In this document: one piece after another, positions 61,142 to 64,000 of the stretch
Layout: each line of letters begins with the position of its first letter
Numbering within the stretch: the stretch's first letter is position 1
Origin: Lama guanicoe
Taxonomy: Eukaryota
NCBI GenBank assembly: GCA_013239625.1
Contig: MU053934.1
Coordinates: 4,730,399-4,794,398, forward strand
Direction of reading: 5' to 3'
Length of the DNA: 64,000 nucleotides
Program-made: the position numbers and the translations under genes
The notes under the pieces: generated by a model
What the model saw: only the letters and a program-made list of their open reading frames with translations
What the model was told of the DNA's origin: nothing
The model's database searches: none

Positions 61142-64000
61142 GCTAGAGAACTGGACTGGGCAAAGTCAAATTATGGGTTATTAATTGCAAAGCTGTGGAG
61201 AGTGGGATGGCTGCCTACAGTTCAGAAAGTAGTGTAAAAACATGACCAACCAAGAAGACTCAGTCAGGCTGTCAGGGAGTGTAAGTTCTGCTTCTTAGCT
61301 CAGCTGGGAGCCTGCTGTGTGACCTGGGAAGCCTCTTGGTGTCTCTGGGCCTGTTTCCTTACTTCCACAAAGGAGAAGGAGGTACTGATTAGATGTATGA
61401 TTCTCGACTTTGTCCAGGATGGACGGGGCGCCTTTACAGAGCCTCGTGAAATATGTCCCTCCACCCCACTCCTTCAGGTCTGTCCTGACCACTCAACCGG
61501 TTATGGACAGAAGGCAGGAGATAGCATGGAGGAGAAGGTTGGGAGGGAGGGAAGAAGCATAGACTGTGAGTCAGGAGGCTGGGTTCTGGTTCCTCTCTCT
61601 ATGACCTTTCATGAGTCCCTGTCTCTTTCTGGGCCTTGGCAAGATGGGGCTGGATTATCTTTGAAAGTGCTGCCTCTTGGCACCAGCGGACTCCTGGCCT
61701 CACCCAGCTTACACGCCCCTCAAGCAGCTGTAGTGCCTCCCAGAACCCACTGGCCAAGCCATTTAAACATGGAAAGTGCTTTTTATCTCCAGTAAGAAAC
61801 TAGGGCAGTTACTCTAATGCCTGAGCCAGCTGAGTCTGAGCTGCTGGCCCACATCTGCACCTGGCCGCTGCACACCTGGCCCAGGCTCGGAAGGGAAGCC
61901 AGGGGAGCTCGGGGGCAGCTGCTGGGAATGCTGAGCCTCCCCTCGGCCACTGCCCACCTCCCAGAGCCCTGTCCCCTGACAACCCCTGAACCCCTGGTTC
62001 AGCATGGACCCACCTCAGTGCAAGGGCCTCTGGGCTGGGCCTGGGATGCGGTGGAGCGAGGTGGAGCCTGCCTCCGGTGGCAGGGCCCGTGGACAGGGAG
62101 GCAGAGCTAACAGTCCTGTGGGGAGGGCTACTGTTGGACTTCAGCTGCTGGACCAGGAACTGGAGATTTACTCTCTATTGAGAGGCCCATGGGCTAGTCC
62201 CTTCACCTGCCCATCGTGAAACCCTGGGCCTCCATTTCTCTAATGACAAGATGAGCTTAATAATACCAGTTTCCATATAGTTTTGTAAGGATGAAATGCT
62301 TTGTGTGTAGAGAACTTGGCCCAGAGCCTTGTATGCAGTAAGTAGTCAATAGGTGCTACTATTATGAAGAAGGTGCTGGGAGCATTGAGGATAGAGGGTG
62401 GGGACATCAGGACCTCTTCAGAAGCAGCTGGGTTTGGAAGATGCTCACCACATGCACAGAGGGCTGGGGCGGGGGTGGTCCTGGCAGACGGAGTGGAATT
62501 GCTTGTGCAGAGGCGGAGAGGAGCCGCTGTCCTGGGAACAGTGGAGCTGGGCAGAGGACTGCATGTCAGGGGGAGGCAGGAGGTGAGTGTTCCACGTCTT
62601 TGAGGGATTTCCTAATGACAATAAACGGCTAAATTTTATCAGGTGCTTTACATGATTGTTATTTCACCTTCATAACAGCCCTAGGCAGAGAGAGGTTGAG
62701 TAACCTGCCCAAGGCCACACAGCTGGCCAGTGCTTTTTGCCCCCTTTCACGACCTCCTTCCTTTCCTTTTAGTGTGTAGACATTCAGCCACCTACTCCAT
62801 CTACAGGGCATCAGAAAGACCCCTGTCCAGGGTCCAGGCAGAAAGGTCCTGTAGACTACAGTAATGCCCTTTCTCTCCTGGTCTACCCCCAAGGTTAGTG
62901 TGCTCTGGACCTTTGAACGCCTTTCACCATCAGGATGCAGACCTCTCATGGTGCTGAGCCCTGTGCAGCTCTATGGGAACGAGTCAGGGCAGGAAGGATT
63001 GCACAGTGGTCAGTGCAGAGTGTGGCCTCAGAGTCGCTCTGCCAGCCTTCAAAGCTTAGGCTAATTCACTGCAGGGCCTGGGGAACGAGTCTTCTCTTGC
63101 TTCGGACCCCTGTCTGCATTGTACGGATTGGGGATGGCACATGGCACTTCCGTGTGGGTTAGTCTGCAGTGCCAGGTGTAGACCAGGTGCCCTGTTAGCT
63201 ACCCATCCCAGCCCTCCTCACGAGGGAGGGTCCCAGTGTCGGGGCTACTGACTGCATTATCCTGAACTTAGATCAGAGTTTGTGCCTAGGATCTTAGCCA
63301 GTGGCTCCACTTCAGTTTCTCCATCCATATAAAGGGGACCCAGCCCTCCTTTGCTAGGCCCTGGGGCTGCAAAATATCCTCATGACACCTGCTCGTAGAA
63401 GGGGTGCCCAGCGAAGGCGCCGACACCAGGCGTCGATCACGTGGGAGTCTCATACTCCGCACCTATTGGCAGGAGGGTTGGGGGCCTTGAAACAGAGCTT
63501 GCATGAGAATCTCAGCATCTTCACTGTACACGTGTGTTTACTGGGGCCTGGGGTGCAGCTGAAGGAGGCTCTGACCCTGGGCAGGACCTTGGACTTTAGA
63601 GTGTCTGTTCTTGGCACCCACGAGGGGCTCCCAGCCACCCTGGGGAAGAAAGGCTTGGCAGCCCCCAGGAAAGGAAGGGAGGGGAGGAGGGAGGCGGGGA
63701 GAGAAAAGTGGCAATGCAGTGGAGGGGCCTGATTTCCCCAGAGCTGCTGCCTTTTGGAAAGGATGGGGGTTGGGGGGGAGAACATCTGGCCAGAGCATCT
63801 GATGAGAACCTGACTTGGAAACAGGAAAGAGCAGCCTGGCCTGTGGAAGGAAATGCTTGGGGTCGGGGTGGGGGTGGGGGTGGGGGTGGGATGAAGGTCC
63901 CCCTCCCACCACCATGGGAGGGAGTGATTCCTGGACAGGACACCGGATCAAGGGAGAGAGCCACTGTGTATTCATTCATTCATTCATTCATCCAATCACC

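Noticed and set aside
57633..64000. CACNA1I coding exon 5 (expected SMRILV...)
   Set aside because: Not found in any frame, so it presumably lies beyond the window end.
1..64000. CRISPR arrays, operons, intact transposase/RT or other prokaryote-style systems
   Set aside because: There are no regularly spaced repeat-spacer arrays and no long coding ORFs. The sequence is mammalian intron and intergenic DNA.

Overview
This is mammalian genomic DNA, most likely camelid, because it carries two full-length Vic-1-type tRNA-derived SINEs. It contains the 5' part of CACNA1I (Cav3.3 T-type voltage-gated calcium channel alpha-1I) on the + strand. Four coding exons (22010-22242, 40236-40347, 42230-42363, 57535-57632; 577 nt) splice in frame and encode the N-terminus plus domain I S1-S4. 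The gene continues beyond the window. The first coding intron (22243-40235, about 18 kb) is a U12-type AT-AC minor-spliceosome intron. About 10 kb upstream lies a CpG island with a 145-nt assembly gap, ending in a strong donor (AAG|GTAGGT). A clean acceptor sits 24 nt before the start codon, which implies a non-coding first exon. That splice would create a 97-codon out-of-frame upstream ORF overlapping the channel ORF. Candidate regulatory sites include a 19/21 RE1/NRSE (REST) site next to a full CRE, three intronic RFX X-boxes, consensus CTCF sites and a GC-rich NRF1/EGR patch in intron 3. A near-perfect 298-bp tandem duplication lies just upstream of coding exon 3. The rest is ordinary intron and intergenic sequence with MIR, L2, L1, hAT and LTR relics and microsatellites. 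Nearly all ORFs in the supplied track are spurious. I found no convincing wholly novel system. The most interesting items are regulatory hypotheses about Cav3.3 expression.
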